Positions 9,734 to 19,892 of a stretch of DNA of 64,000 nucleotides are shown here, in pieces; the first letter of the stretch is position 1; every line of letters starts with the position of its first letter. This DNA is from an uncultured Chloroflexia bacterium (GTDB taxonomy: Bacteria > Chloroflexota > Dehalococcoidia > UBA2979): assembly GCA_963728205.1 (NCBI GenBank), contig CAVSIV010000006.1, positions 608,001-672,000 of the forward strand. The letters are read 5' to 3'. Position numbers and translations under genes: made by a program. The notes below the pieces were generated by a model. That model did no database searches. It had not been told where the DNA came from and was given only the letters and a program-made list of their open reading frames with translations.

Positions 9734-11086
9734 TTACATCACAAAGGATCGGATCCCCATCCGCCGTCTCGCCGTCCAAACAAGCCAACCGTTCCACGCA
9801 ACCTTTGCGGCCACCAGGGCAATGGCTACGCCTTCGATCCCAAATGGACGCGCGACGAACGCGGCAGCGGCGACGAATGCGATAGCCGCCGCACCTTGGG
9901 CGATCGCCACGTCGTCCTGATGCCCAGTAGTCGATAGAAGGATCCCTACCGGCCCCGTACTGGAGTGTATGAGCTGGCCCACGAGAAGTATCCGAAGAGT
10001 GACCGCACCCTGCGAAAATCCGCTACCGAACAGTTCGAGCGCGGGCACCGCCCAGACGAACAAAACCCCTCCGCCCACGAGTGACAGCAGTGCACTGGCA
10101 CGGGCCGCGTTTTGGGTGAAATGCCGTAGCGAGTCCTGCTGCCGCGTTACGTGTAGACGCGATATGACTGGAGCCGCGACAGCATTGATCGCAATCAAGG
10201 CGAAGCTGGCCACGAGCGCCAGACGCGATGCTGCGGCGAAGAGACCGGATGGTCCTGCACCGATCGCCATCCCTACGACGATCACCCCCGCCTGATCAAT
10301 CACCGCGCCGAAGGCACCGACAAGGAGCAACGGGCCAGCAACGCGGACCCATAGCGACATCTCATACTGGCTCCGAGGAGACTCGGTCCTCTCGACGCCT
10401 TGCGGGCGGAAGTACATCCATTGGACGATGACCGCACCCGTGGCCCCGACGAGAGCGGCCAAGAGGGCGCCTTCCGGGAGCGGACCGCGGAGGGCGAAGA
10501 TCAGAACCCCTGTTATCCCTGTTAGAGCAAAACGCCCGGGGGCGAAGGGAAGATATGCGACGACAATCCGCTCGTAGCTGCGCGCTAATTCTGTCTGTGT
10601 CGACAGCAGCGCAACGATCGGGACGATTGCCATGGAAATCAGGATTTCGCCCGGGCGTATGGCCGGTGGGTGCAGCGCCATGAGTCCGACCGCGGCGCAG
10701 CTGCCTGTAACTAGACCCCCAGCGAGGGATCCATATCGACTGAATCTAATTAAGCCCTGCAGGCGCGCATGATCCCCGGTGACTCGGTATTCAGGCACAA
10801 AGCGAAGGAGCGATTGGCCTAATCCAAGACCGCCTACGAGTGCAAGAATTGTGGCCCAGGAAAAGAGGTATGAATACGCACCAAATCCCAGAGGACCAAG
10901 CGTCCGTGCGAAGAACAGCTCGACACATAATCTGGTTGCCGTTCCGATGGTGTACAGGATAAACACCCAGGCCGCACCACCAATTACTGACGTGGCGAAG
11001 AATCCTGACGCCAAGACCGCGCGCGTCAGATGCCTGGCCCGCACGAGAAGTCCTGCTGCTTCTTCTGAGGACGTAGGCTCGCTCAC
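9734..11086 (-). CDS. wzx: Oligosaccharide flippase (Wzx/MOP family)
   Basis: About 12 TM segments, ARTLGPLGFGAYSY, GLFAAASRLA, P-x-ISRL and FGIEGVAIA patterns typical of MOP flippases. Confidence 0.85.
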   Translation of the reverse strand: MSEPTSSEEAAGLLVRARHLTRAVLASGFFATSVIGGAAWVFILYTIGTATRLCVELFFARTLGPLGFGAYSYLFSWATILALVGGLGLGQSLLRFVPEYRVTGDHARLQGLIRFSRYGSLAGGLVTGSCAAVGLMALHPPAIRPGEILISMAIVPIVALLSTQTELARSYERIVVAYLPFAPGRFALTGITGVLIFALRGPLPEGALLAALVGATGAVIVQWMYFRPQGVERTESPRSQYEMSLWVRVAGPLLLVGAFGAVIDQAGVIVVGMAIGAGPSGLFAAASRLALVASFALIAINAVAAPVISRLHVTRQQDSLRHFTQNAARASALLSLVGGGVLFVWAVPALELFGSGFSQGAVTLRILLVGQLIHSSTGPVGILLSTTGHQDDVAIAQGAAAIAFVAAAAFVARPFGIEGVAIALVAAKVAWNGWLVWTARRRMGIRSFVM

Positions 11087-11349
11087 TTTGGCTCGGATCT
11101 GCCGAACCGACGATTCACCGGTTAAAGCTCAGCATCATTTGCATTGTCACCTCCGGAAAAATCGAATGCGAGCCGCCGGTGGGCGGCGAGATTTGCGTTG
11201 CGTTGTGCGGAATACTGCTCCCACAACACCGCGCAACGCAACCTTAGGAAATTAGGGTAGTCCGCTATTCAGCTACGTCCCCCGCTCTGCTTAACTAATT
11301 GGGACATTTCAGGTACGATGCCCGCATGTGCACCGTCGGAAGCTAAAAC

Positions 11350-12045
11350 ATGAGCAAGAGAGCCACCGCGTCGTCGTCGTCACGCTCCTCAGCACGAGGC
11401 GGAACGGAGCCGCATCCGGGCTACTTCGCGATCAAGCGTGCGATTGATGTGGTGGCTGGCGGGGTGGCACTCGTCCTGGCACTCCCTGTCATGGTGGTCG
11501 TCGTCACCGCCATTAAGCTCGATTCGGCTGGACCTGTCCTTTACAAGCACTCGCGCGTCGGCGAGCGTGGCCGCATATTTGATTGCTACAAGTTTCGTTC
11601 GATGTACCACGGTGCAGCAGCGAGGCGCGAAGAGTTACGCCATTTGTCGCAGGTCGGCGGACCCGCGTTCAAGCTACCACGAGACCCACGGATAACCCGT
11701 GTTGGTCGAATCCTGCGCCGCACGAGCATCGACGAGCTACCGCAACTAATCCATGTCCTGCGCGGAGAGCTGAGTCTTGTAGGGCCACGTCCGCTATCTC
11801 TAGAGGATTTTCAAGGTCGGCACGATCATATTTCTGACGTCGCAATCCTTCGTCTTGTTGAGTCGCGGACTGAAGTCAAGCCGGGGTTGACCTGCCTGTG
11901 GCAAGTCTCGGGGCGTAGCAATCTCTCATTCAATAGTTGGATGCGGCTCGACGAAGAGTACATGCGGCGTCGCTCGATCCCATACGACTTATTTATCTTA
12001 GTTCGAACGGTTTGGGCAGTGATCTCAATGCATGGAGCGATGTAA
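11350..12045 (+). CDS. Priming sugar transferase (Bac_transf family)
   Basis: [40 protein letters not shown] and [13 protein letters not shown] motifs. Confidence 0.93.
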   Translation: MSKRATASSSSRSSARGGTEPHPGYFAIKRAIDVVAGGVALVLALPVMVVVVTAIKLDSAGPVLYKHSRVGERGRIFDCYKFRSMYHGAAARREELRHLSQVGGPAFKLPRDPRITRVGRILRRTSIDELPQLIHVLRGELSLVGPRPLSLEDFQGRHDHISDVAILRLVESRTEVKPGLTCLWQVSGRSNLSFNSWMRLDEEYMRRRSIPYDLFILVRTVWAVISMHGAM

Positions 12046-12256
12046 GATTGCCCCCCATTGGGGCGATGATGGGCCCAGACTAGCCACCGGTGCAGCGCGG
12101 TGGCGAACGCGGATGGTCCGATGAGGCCGCACAGTCGGGGGGGCCGAACCGCCGCCTGTTCATGGGAGCGCTCGATCGCGTCCAGGGTCCGAAACTCTAC
12201 ATCCGCGATGCGGTCCGCTGGGCGCGGGACATCGGCGAGAGCGTACAGTATCTGAC

Positions 12257-12724
12257 ATGGACAAACGCGCCATTCTGCCCGGGTGGGAACAGGTGATAGT
12301 GCTGTTCCTCTACCGTCTGGCCAGACGTGTCAGAAATGTCTACCCGCTCTACGTTCTCACTCGCATCATCAACATCGCCGTGGTGCAGTTCCTACTGGGT
12401 GGAATCATCTTCCCACACGCTGAGATCGGAGAGGGCCTTCGTCTACCGCACGGAGCAATGGGAATTGTCATCCACGCGGACTGCAAGATCGGGAATAACG
12501 TCACAATTTTCCATCAGGTGACGATCGGCGTTCGTGAAGGCTCAGGCTCGTGGGGGGCACCTGTCATCGAGGACGGCGTCACCATCGGCGTAGGGGCTAA
12601 GATACTTGGTCCCATTACGATCGGGCGCGGGGCGACCATCGGCGCCAATGCTGTCGTCATTCGCGACGTGCCGGCGGGTTGGACTGCGGTGGGTGTGCCC
12701 GCGAAGAACATCCCGCCCAGCTAG
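12257..12724 (+). CDS. Hexapeptide-repeat O-acetyltransferase (CysE/WcaB-like)
   Basis: IGEGLRLPHG, IFHQVTIG, IGVGAKILG, IGANAVV and VGVPAK left-handed beta-helix motifs. Confidence 0.88.
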   Translation: MDKRAILPGWEQVIVLFLYRLARRVRNVYPLYVLTRIINIAVVQFLLGGIIFPHAEIGEGLRLPHGAMGIVIHADCKIGNNVTIFHQVTIGVREGSGSWGAPVIEDGVTIGVGAKILGPITIGRGATIGANAVVIRDVPAGWTAVGVPAKNIPPS

Positions 12725-12962
12725 GCGCGGAGCTCGACCTGCATTAGCGCTTTCGAACCGCCGCATCCGGTTCCTCTCACTCCGCTAACGGATCGTTGCT
12801 AAGTGAGGCAGTCCGGCGACGGGCATAAGCGGGGCGTCTCGGGCGTCATCGCTAAGCCGTCCGTGGGGTGCTCAGTGGGGCTCGTGCTCCGCCGTTCACC
12901 GTCAGGCGAGCGGACGGGTGCAATCAGATTGCCCCGTCCGCCGCCTTGGCAAGCCCAAGCCG

Positions 12963-12996
12963 CATCGGGAGCGTGGCTATGGCCACGCTCCCGATG
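12963..12996. terminator. Hairpin with a 15-bp stem between convergent genes
   Basis: CATCGGGAGCGTGGC-tatg-GCCACGCTCCCGATG. Confidence 0.55.
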
Positions 12997-13008
12997 TGAG
13001 TGCGTCCC

Positions 13009-13771
13009 CTACGACGCCGACACGACCTCGAGCGAGATCGGCACCGGCCCGAGGCCGGTCAGTCGCAGGTAGAGCGCGTCGAGACGGTTCACCGCCGTCA
13101 ACGTGTTCGCGAACGCGGGCGCCCCGGGGACGTACGTCTGCCACGATTGCGTCGTCGCGTCGTACCGCGCGATCGAGACGACGCCGGCCGCGCCGGCGAT
13201 GAGCGACGCGGGGTCGGTGTCGTCCGCCCCGGCGAAGCCGAAGGCGTTCAGCCCGGGCACGAGCGTCACCGTGCGGCGCCCGCGCGGCGGCGGGACGATG
13301 TCCGTCTCCGTCCAGTCGTGACCCGAGTAGGCGTTCACGAAGATCGCGTCGCCCTGGGTGAGCGTCCGCAGCGAGTTCACCAGCGGCGGCGCGCCCACGA
13401 TGTACGAGTCGTACAGCTGCGTCTGCGGGTTGAACCGGGACACGCTCTCGACGCCGGACCCGAGCGTCCCGACGAAGTCGGCGATCGCGGTCCCGGTCGC
13501 GCCGGTGAACGTGACGGCGTTGAGGCGGCGCTCGAGCGTCCGGGTCACCTTCGGCAGCACGAAGACGGCGTAGAGCGTCAGGTGGTCCTGCGAGACGCGG
13601 ACGGTGCCGTCCGCCGACACGGTGGCGGGCACCTGCACCCACCCGCCGGCGTCGACGTCGTAGGAGAAGACGGCCACGGTCGCGGGATCCGTCGTCGCGG
13701 TGTCGACGTGGAAGCTGCGCGGTGGGCGGCAGGTCGTTCACCCGCAGCACGCGGTGGCCGGCGGCGCTCAC
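13009..13771 (-). pseudogene. 5'-truncated surface protein: end of an HFS/HLT-type domain plus two GAP-containing repeats
   Basis: VAVFSYD...WVQVP...VSQDHLTLYAVF, followed by two repeats ending YIVGAPPLVNSL and YVPGAPAFANTL. No signal peptide; frameshift near 13712; begins directly at the stop of the XRE gene. Confidence 0.6.
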
Positions 13772-13778
13772 GCCGAGC

Positions 13779-14600
13779 TCACGCCCTCGCGCCCCGGGCG
13801 TCTCGTCTGAGGCTCTCGATCGCCTCCCATGTCACCGCATCGACCGGGATCCAGTCGAGGAATGCGAGCCGCTTCGCGTGGTTCGCGGTGTTCACCACGA
13901 CCTCGAAACGCATCCGCGGCAGGCCGTCGAGCTGCCATGTCACCGGGAACGACCAGCGAATCTTCGGGGCGCGGGCCGGCGTGCGGTCCCACAGCTCCTG
14001 CAGCTCGCCGACCCGGTGGGGAACCCCCTCGACGAAGCGGTCGATCACGGAGGCGAAGTACGGGCTCAGCGACGAGAGGTCTTCGGCGCCGCGGCGATGG
14101 CCCTTCATCGTGGCGATGCCGACCTTCACCGCCTCGCGCCAGTTCACGAGCTTCGTCGCGATCCGCGGGTGGCTGACAACGCTCATCAGGTTCCGCGCAA
14201 CGGGGTCGGGGTGCCTGGCGTCGAGCGAGACGTCCCACACGCGCTGCAGGAGCCGGTTCGCGCCGAGCACCTGCATCACCTCGTCGACGAGCGCGGCCGG
14301 CCACGGCCGACCCTCGAGGTCGCGCAGCGCCTCCTCGCGCTCGAAGAAGTAGTCGGCGTTCGACGGGCCGAGCAGCGAGCTGTCCGCCGGGTACCCGGCG
14401 GCGACCAGGATCTCGTCGCGGACGTCGCGGGGCGCCTTGAGCACGTCGAGCATGCGCACGAGCGACAGCCGCGACGGATGCCGCACCCCGGTCTCGTACT
14501 TGCCCAGCGACGAGACGGAGATCGGCACGAGCTTCGCGAGGGCTGCCTGCGAGAGCCCTCGCGAGCGTCGGAGGTCAGCCGCACGCTCCCACCACTCCAT
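13779..14600 (-). CDS. XRE-family HTH regulator with an MmyB-like PAS domain
   Basis: LRRSRGLSQAALA...SLGKYETGVRHPSR (HTH_3), then PWPAALVDE...ANR...NL as in MmyB-type C-terminal domains. Confidence 0.8.
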   Translation of the reverse strand: MEWWERAADLRRSRGLSQAALAKLVPISVSSLGKYETGVRHPSRLSLVRMLDVLKAPRDVRDEILVAAGYPADSSLLGPSNADYFFEREEALRDLEGRPWPAALVDEVMQVLGANRLLQRVWDVSLDARHPDPVARNLMSVVSHPRIATKLVNWREAVKVGIATMKGHRRGAEDLSSLSPYFASVIDRFVEGVPHRVGELQELWDRTPARAPKIRWSFPVTWQLDGLPRMRFEVVVNTANHAKRLAFLDWIPVDAVTWEAIESLRRDARGARA

Positions 14601-14871
14601 CGACTCGATGATCGCACAGCGGCCGCGGGGTCGGGCGGGCATGACGCTGCAATTTCGCTGCCAGTCGGCACGCCGGTCGATGCCGGCTGCAACAACTGCC
14701 GACGCAGCGCTCGGACTGAAGTGCTAGATTCGGCGCCTCCCGAGGTCGCGGGTGTCCCGTGCGCGGGCGTGCCCCGGCCGGAATCTCCAGGGAGGTCGCG
14801 TGGACGTCACTCGAGATGACGAGCGATCCCCGGGCGCGGCCCGCGACACCACGGCCGGCACGCCGTCTGCG

Positions 14872-15894
14872 ATGGAAGGCACGGCGCCGCGCGTGCGGAT
14901 CGTCGCGGACGAGGACGCGCACGTGGTCCGCGTCGACGGCGAGCCCGTGCCCGCCGCCACCGAGATGATGTTCCGGTTCGTGCAGCTGCTGGGCCGGCAG
15001 CCCGGCGCGGCGATGGCAACCGGCGACATCGGCCGGGCACTGTGGTCCGACCCCGACGCCCGGCAGAACGTCCAGTCGCTCGCGCGTCGCATCCGCGACC
15101 AGCTGACGGCGGCCGGCCATCCGGGCGGCGACCTCATCCTCACGCGGCCACGCTTCGGCTACGCGCTCGCGACGGCGGACACCGAGGCCGCAGACGCGGA
15201 CACCAACGCTGCCGAGGCCGGCGTCGAGATCGCGTCCGTGGATGGGATGCGACGCCGGCCGCGACGGGCCGTGGCGTCCGCGATCGGCGTCGCGGTGATC
15301 GCCGTCGCATCGGTGGTCGCGCTGCCGCTCCACCGCCCGCCGGGCCACGCCCCGCCCGCCGGCGCGTCGGGCACGTACGCCTCATCAGAGAGCGTCGGAC
15401 CGCCCGCCGTCACCGCCGTGATCGACGAGGGCATGGGCGATCAGATCGTCGTGCGTGGCTGGCCCGCGGGGACCGAGGTGACCGCGGACCTCCGCGCGCC
15501 GGACGGCGCGAGCATCGGCCGGTGGACGGCGGGCATCGGGAGCGGGGACTACACGGCGATCCACATCGGCAGGCGAGTCTTCCTGCCGGGCCAGACGCTC
15601 ACGGTGTCCGGAGGATCGCGGCGGGAGTCGCTGGTCATCGCGCCGCTCGAGGTGGTGGCGCCTCTGGGTGCGAGCGTCGTCGCGGGACAGGCGCCGGCGA
15701 ATGCGCTGGTCGTCGTCACGGCGAACTGCGCGGACGACGCCTGCGAGGTCAGCTCGGCGGTCCACGCCGATGCGCGCGGGGCGTTCCGGCTGGACCTCGG
15801 CGCGGAGCACGCGCTCGGCCCGGGGAGCCGCGTGTCCGTCTCGGTCGCCGACGTGAACGGGAACCGCGTGAGCTGGCAGGAATTGCTGCACTGA
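14872..15894 (+). CDS. Membrane-anchored winged-helix regulator (ToxR/CadC-like architecture)
   Basis: N-terminal OmpR-type wHTH (IGRALWS...NVQSLARRIRDQL...ILTRPRFGYAL), one TM helix, extracellular beta-rich domain. Confidence 0.7.
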   Translation: MEGTAPRVRIVADEDAHVVRVDGEPVPAATEMMFRFVQLLGRQPGAAMATGDIGRALWSDPDARQNVQSLARRIRDQLTAAGHPGGDLILTRPRFGYALATADTEAADADTNAAEAGVEIASVDGMRRRPRRAVASAIGVAVIAVASVVALPLHRPPGHAPPAGASGTYASSESVGPPAVTAVIDEGMGDQIVVRGWPAGTEVTADLRAPDGASIGRWTAGIGSGDYTAIHIGRRVFLPGQTLTVSGGSRRESLVIAPLEVVAPLGASVVAGQAPANALVVVTANCADDACEVSSAVHADARGAFRLDLGAEHALGPGSRVSVSVADVNGNRVSWQELLH

Positions 15895-16001
15895 CGGCCG
15901 CCTCAGACACAGCGACCGCGGCGAAGCCCTTGCCCGCAATGTTCTCGGTCGGCTCCCATTTCGCCGGGGCGCACCGCATACTGGCCGAAGGGAGCGAGCG
16001 C

Positions 16002-16557
16002 ATGGCCACCGAGTTCGACGCCCAGAAGTTCCGCGGAGCTGGTGCTCCTGATCGCGCAGGAATCCGAGGAGGATCCGCGCTTCGGGGCGACCAAGCTCAA
16101 TAAGATCCTGTACTTCTCCGACTTCAAGGCGTTCGCCGCCCTGGGGGAGTCGATCACCGGCGCCGCCTATCAGCGCCTGGATCGCGGCCCGGCCCCCGTC
16201 GAGCTGCTGCCTGAGCTGGACCGGATGGAACGTGAGGGAGAAATCGTTCGCGAGGAGCGCGCGTACTACAACCGCGTCCAGAAGGTCGTCCGTGCACGCC
16301 GCGCCTCACGCGCCGGCGAGCTCCTCGATCAGGACGAGCTCCGCATCGTCCGCACGGTGCTGCGGGACCTCCGCGACCTGGATGCGTCGCAGGTAAGCGC
16401 GCTCTCCCACCTCGAGGCAGGCTGGCAGCTCGCGGATGACCGCGAAGTCATTCCATACGAGGCGGCGTGGATCTCGGACCGGCGGCCGACGCGCCGCGAG
16501 CTGGAGCTCTGGAAGCAAGATGCCGAGGAGTGGCAATCCCACCGATCCGCTTCCTGA
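16002..16557 (+). CDS. Panacea (DUF4065/SocA-like) antitoxin-domain protein (one-base frameshift near 16035)
   Basis: MATEFDAQKFR, then after one extra base ELVLLIA...GATKLNKILYFSDF...SITGAAY...GPAP...SALSH...W...IPYE. Confidence 0.8.
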
Positions 16558-16782
16558 GCGTCCAGGCCGCGCACTGCACTTCGAGTTCCACACCGACACG
16601 CGCTTCTGGAACTCGCTCGCGGACCGAACACCATCTTGAGCATCCGTCGCGCCCCACCCCTCCACGAGGCGGAAGACGAGTCGGGCTCGCCGTGATCACG
16701 AGGTCCGGCGAGGCGCGCGGCGACGGAGTCGACCACCCCGCGACTGGGACTCCCATCCACCGTTTCGAGTCGCGCTCCCTGA

Positions 16783-16798
16783 TAGGGAAAAACCCCTA
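16783..16798. promoter_or_regulatory. Palindromic operator TAGGG-N6-CCCTA
   Basis: TAGGGAAAAACCCCTA, an AT-rich patch upstream of the gene at 16929. A related TAGGGGAATCCCGTA lies at about 17592. Confidence 0.45.
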
Positions 16799-16928
16799 AG
16801 GGTTTCCGTCTCCCTGCCGATGGTTCTAGTAGCCCCTCGCCCGCCGGGATGGCGGACACGCGAGCCGGGCTGAGCCCATCTGCACCCCTCAGCACTCCTG
16901 CTGAAGGCGCCGGGGACGGAGCCCGTAT

Positions 16929-17375
16929 ATGCCTGCGCTCCTTGCGCTCTTTCTCTCCCTGTGGAGCATCGTCGGCGGCCACGTCACGATTCACCAGCTC
17001 AACGGCCCGGTCCAGTTCACCGACCTCTACGGCAGCCCGCGCGAGGCCGCGGCGGCCACCGGCTGCGTGCACCGCCACCCCGACATGTGGCTGTCGCCCG
17101 ACGTCGACATGGCGACGCTCGCGCACGAGACCGCGCACGCCGTCGACTGCCTCGACGACGGCCTGATGAACGACAGCCCGTCGCTGCGGCCGGCCGTGCG
17201 GCCGGCGTGGGTGTCGGACTACTGCTGGAACTCGGACGCCGAGTGGTACGCGTGCTCGGTCGTGTACTACCAGAGCGCCCACCCGTACACGGTCGCTCCG
17301 TGGGGGCCGGCCGCGATGGTCGCGGCGGGGGTGACGTCGCCGCACACCGCGCACGCGGCGATCGCGTCGCGGTAA
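16929..17375 (+). CDS. Small exported HExxH (zincin-like) protein
   Basis: Hydrophobic N-terminus, LAHETAHAVDCLDDG and YCWNSDAEWYAC. Paralogue at 21235. Confidence 0.6.
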   Translation: MPALLALFLSLWSIVGGHVTIHQLNGPVQFTDLYGSPREAAAATGCVHRHPDMWLSPDVDMATLAHETAHAVDCLDDGLMNDSPSLRPAVRPAWVSDYCWNSDAEWYACSVVYYQSAHPYTVAPWGPAAMVAAGVTSPHTAHAAIASR

Positions 17376-17385
17376 CCCCCCTGCC

Positions 17386-17540
<155 letters not shown>

Positions 17541-17699
17541 CGCCGTCGGCGTTCGCGTCCGCCGGTCGCCGTTCGCGGTCGCCGCACGGTGTAGGGGAAT
17601 CCCGTATTCTCGCGCGGCGCAGCCCTGCCTACGGTGACCACTGCGCGCTGGTCCCAATCGGCGGGGCGGGATCAGCGCGCGAGCGAATCGGAGTCCCCG

Positions 17700-18563
17700 A
17701 TGGGCCGGAGCCCGGGGTCCCACGCCGGCACACCCTCGAGCGCGCGCGGCCGGCGGGCCGTCGCGGCGGCGACGGTCGTCGTCGCCCTCCTCGCGCTCGC
17801 GCCCGGCTCCTGGGGACGCGCGCACGGGCAGACCTCCGGGCCGGCGGCCACGCCGCCCCCGGCGCCCACCCCCATCGCGACCGCCGTGCCGGCCGCGGGC
17901 GGCACCCTCTCCGCGCCCAGCCAGCAGATCGCCGTGCAGCTGCCGGCCGGCGCGGCCGGGCAGGCGGTCGTCGTCGCAATCGTGCCGGTGGTGTCGCCGT
18001 CGGCGGCGCCCGTGCAGGACCAGGCGCGGCTCGAGGCGGTGCTGCAGAACCTCGGCGTGCCCGTCCCGCAGACGGCGTCGGGGCAGGCGGCGCTCGTCGT
18101 GCAGGTGTTCGAGCTCGGCGCGACGAGCGCGACGACGGGCGCGCCGGTCAACACGTTCGCCGTGCCGGTCACGATCTTCGTCGACGTCGCGCCCGAGGTG
18201 CGGGCGCTGGCGGGCGGCGACCTCTCGAACGTGTCGCTGCAGTTCTTCGACACCGCGACGGGGCGCTGGACGCCGGTGCCGTGCACGCCGACGACCATCG
18301 GGCTCGACTGCCGCGTGACGCACTTCTCGCTGTGGGCGGTGGTGGTGCGCGGCGTGCTCGCCAGCGGCGCGGCGCCGGGCCCCGCGCCGGCGGGGTCGCT
18401 GCCCGCGCCGGCGCCGTCGGGCGGCGGCGCGCTGGCCGGCACCGTGGGCGCGCTGCGGGACGGCGTCGCAACGCGCGCGATCCCGGCGGCGCTCGGCGCG
18501 CTGGCGCTCGCGCTCGTCGTGGCGCTCGCGGTCGCCGACGTGCCGCGGTTGCACCGGCGGTAG
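17700..18563 (+). CDS. Secreted surface protein with an HFS motif and a PxSG-type sorting signal
   Basis: Signal peptide ending AHG-Q, domain ending CTPTTIGLDCRVTHFSLWAVV, LPAPAPSGGG, TM helix and basic tail. The start codon is uncertain. Confidence 0.75.
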   Translation: MGRSPGSHAGTPSSARGRRAVAAATVVVALLALAPGSWGRAHGQTSGPAATPPPAPTPIATAVPAAGGTLSAPSQQIAVQLPAGAAGQAVVVAIVPVVSPSAAPVQDQARLEAVLQNLGVPVPQTASGQAALVVQVFELGATSATTGAPVNTFAVPVTIFVDVAPEVRALAGGDLSNVSLQFFDTATGRWTPVPCTPTTIGLDCRVTHFSLWAVVVRGVLASGAAPGPAPAGSLPAPAPSGGGALAGTVGALRDGVATRAIPAALGALALALVVALAVADVPRLHRR

Positions 18564-18611
18564 CGGGTCCGCCGGGCCCGACGGCGGCCGGTGGAGCGGC
18601 CCCGGCGGCGG

Positions 18612-19022
18612 TCAGGCGCGCGGTCGGGCAGCGGGCACCAGATCCACGACCTCGCCGTGCTGATCGGCCAACCCGCGATCCATGGTCGCCAGGCGTGCGC
18701 CCCGGGATCGCGCGAGATGCACGAGGTAGGTGTCGGTGACCTGTCGGTGGCCGACCACCTCGCCGAGCGGTACGTCGCGGTACGTCGCGTCGTCCGCCCA
18801 GAACTCGTAGCGGGGATGTGCGGCGAGCGTGTCGAGCATCCGCTGGGCGGTGCGCGCGGCAACGCCTTCGCGGACCAGCAGGCGGACCAGCGCGCCCTCG
18901 GTGATCGGGCAGGTGGCGAACGGGTCGCGGCTCGCGCCGAACCACGTCTCCGCCGCGTCGTGGTGCACGTGGTCGGCGACGAGCAGCGCGATGAGCACGT
19001 TGGCGTCGAGGAGGGTGGTCAC
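18612..19022 (-). CDS. vapC: VapC PIN-domain toxin
   Basis: LLDANVLIAL, HVHH, TCPITEG, QVTDTYL and LATMDRGL motifs. Confidence 0.92.
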   Translation of the reverse strand: MTTLLDANVLIALLVADHVHHDAAETWFGASRDPFATCPITEGALVRLLVREGVAARTAQRMLDTLAAHPRYEFWADDATYRDVPLGEVVGHRQVTDTYLVHLARSRGARLATMDRGLADQHGEVVDLVPAARPRA

Positions 19023-19315
19023 GCCTCGTCGGCCTCGTCGGCCTCGCCGACTTCGCCGGCCCCGCCGGCCCCGCCGGCCCCGTCGACCTCATCATCCTGG
19101 AGCGCGCGGACGTCCTCGGTGGTCACGACCGTGCCCAGCCGGATCACGGGCAGGCCGGTGCGGGCGCTGCGCGCGACATCCGAGCGCGGCTCGGCGGCCA
19201 GGCCGCGCCGGATCAGGTCCGCGATCGTCGCGCTGAGGCTCCGCGACGTGTCGCGCGCGATGGCGCGAGCGCGCCGGTGCAGGTCCTCCGGGAGATCGAC
19301 GGTGGTGCGCACCAC
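19019..19315 (-). CDS. vapB: VapB ribbon-helix-helix antitoxin
   Basis: RTTVDLPEDL...SLSATIADLIRRGL...TGLPVI...VTTEDVRAL. Stop overlaps the vapC start. Confidence 0.88.
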   Translation of the reverse strand: MVRTTVDLPEDLHRRARAIARDTSRSLSATIADLIRRGLAAEPRSDVARSARTGLPVIRLGTVVTTEDVRALQDDEVDGAGGAGGAGEVGEADEADEA

Positions 19316-19349
19316 GGCATCATAGCATCATGATGCCGTGGTGCGCACC
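19304..19349. promoter_or_regulatory. Perfect 20-bp inverted repeat over the vapB start (operator)
   Basis: GGTGCGCACCACGGCATCAT-agcatc-ATGATGCCGTGGTGCGCACC. Confidence 0.65.
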
Positions 19350-19394
19350 CCGGGCCTCCGGCCCTCGGCCGCACGTGCGCCGTCCAGCGCCGGG

Positions 19395-19627
19395 TCAGCG
19401 CGGCCCTTCGGCAATCAGCGCGGCCGTCACCTGGGCCGCGGAGCGGCCGTCCGTCGAGCGCGCCGCGCCCACGCGGGGTCGTCGCGCGGCGCGCAGGGCG
19501 CGCGCCTTCTCCTCAATCGCCTCGCGCACGACGACCGCGAGCGAGACGTGGCGTCGCTCGGCCTCCGCTTCGAGCGTGCGCAGTGCCTCGGGCGAGCGCC
19601 GACCGTGGTGCGTCGCAGCCGGCTCAT
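19395..19627 (-). CDS. Orphan CopG/RHH antitoxin-like protein (frameshift near 19595)
   Basis: MSRLRRTTV in one frame continues as PEALRTLEAEAERRHVSLAVVVREAIEEK in another. Confidence 0.65.
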
Positions 19628-19892
19628 GATGCACGAGGATGGCGTCGCTCCCCGGTGGGCCCGCGGAATCTCACCCCCGCTCAACGTCTGCTCGACCCCT
19701 GCTCAACCTCCGCGACGCAGCATGTCGCCGCGCGTCCGAGGGATGCGCGAGCCGGCGCGCGCGCCCGACTCGCCCGGCCGCGCGGTTGCGCGCCGGGGCC
19801 GGGGCCGGGGACGCAGCGGGCGGGCGCGACGGCGACACATGCGCGCGACCACGGCCCGCCGGCGATCGCCGCGCGGCGATCGGAGCCATGCG

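Noticed and set aside
12090-12296. Short ORF between the sugar transferase and the acetyltransferase, possible IS remnant
   Set aside because: No transposase motif, terminal repeats or target duplication could be recognised.
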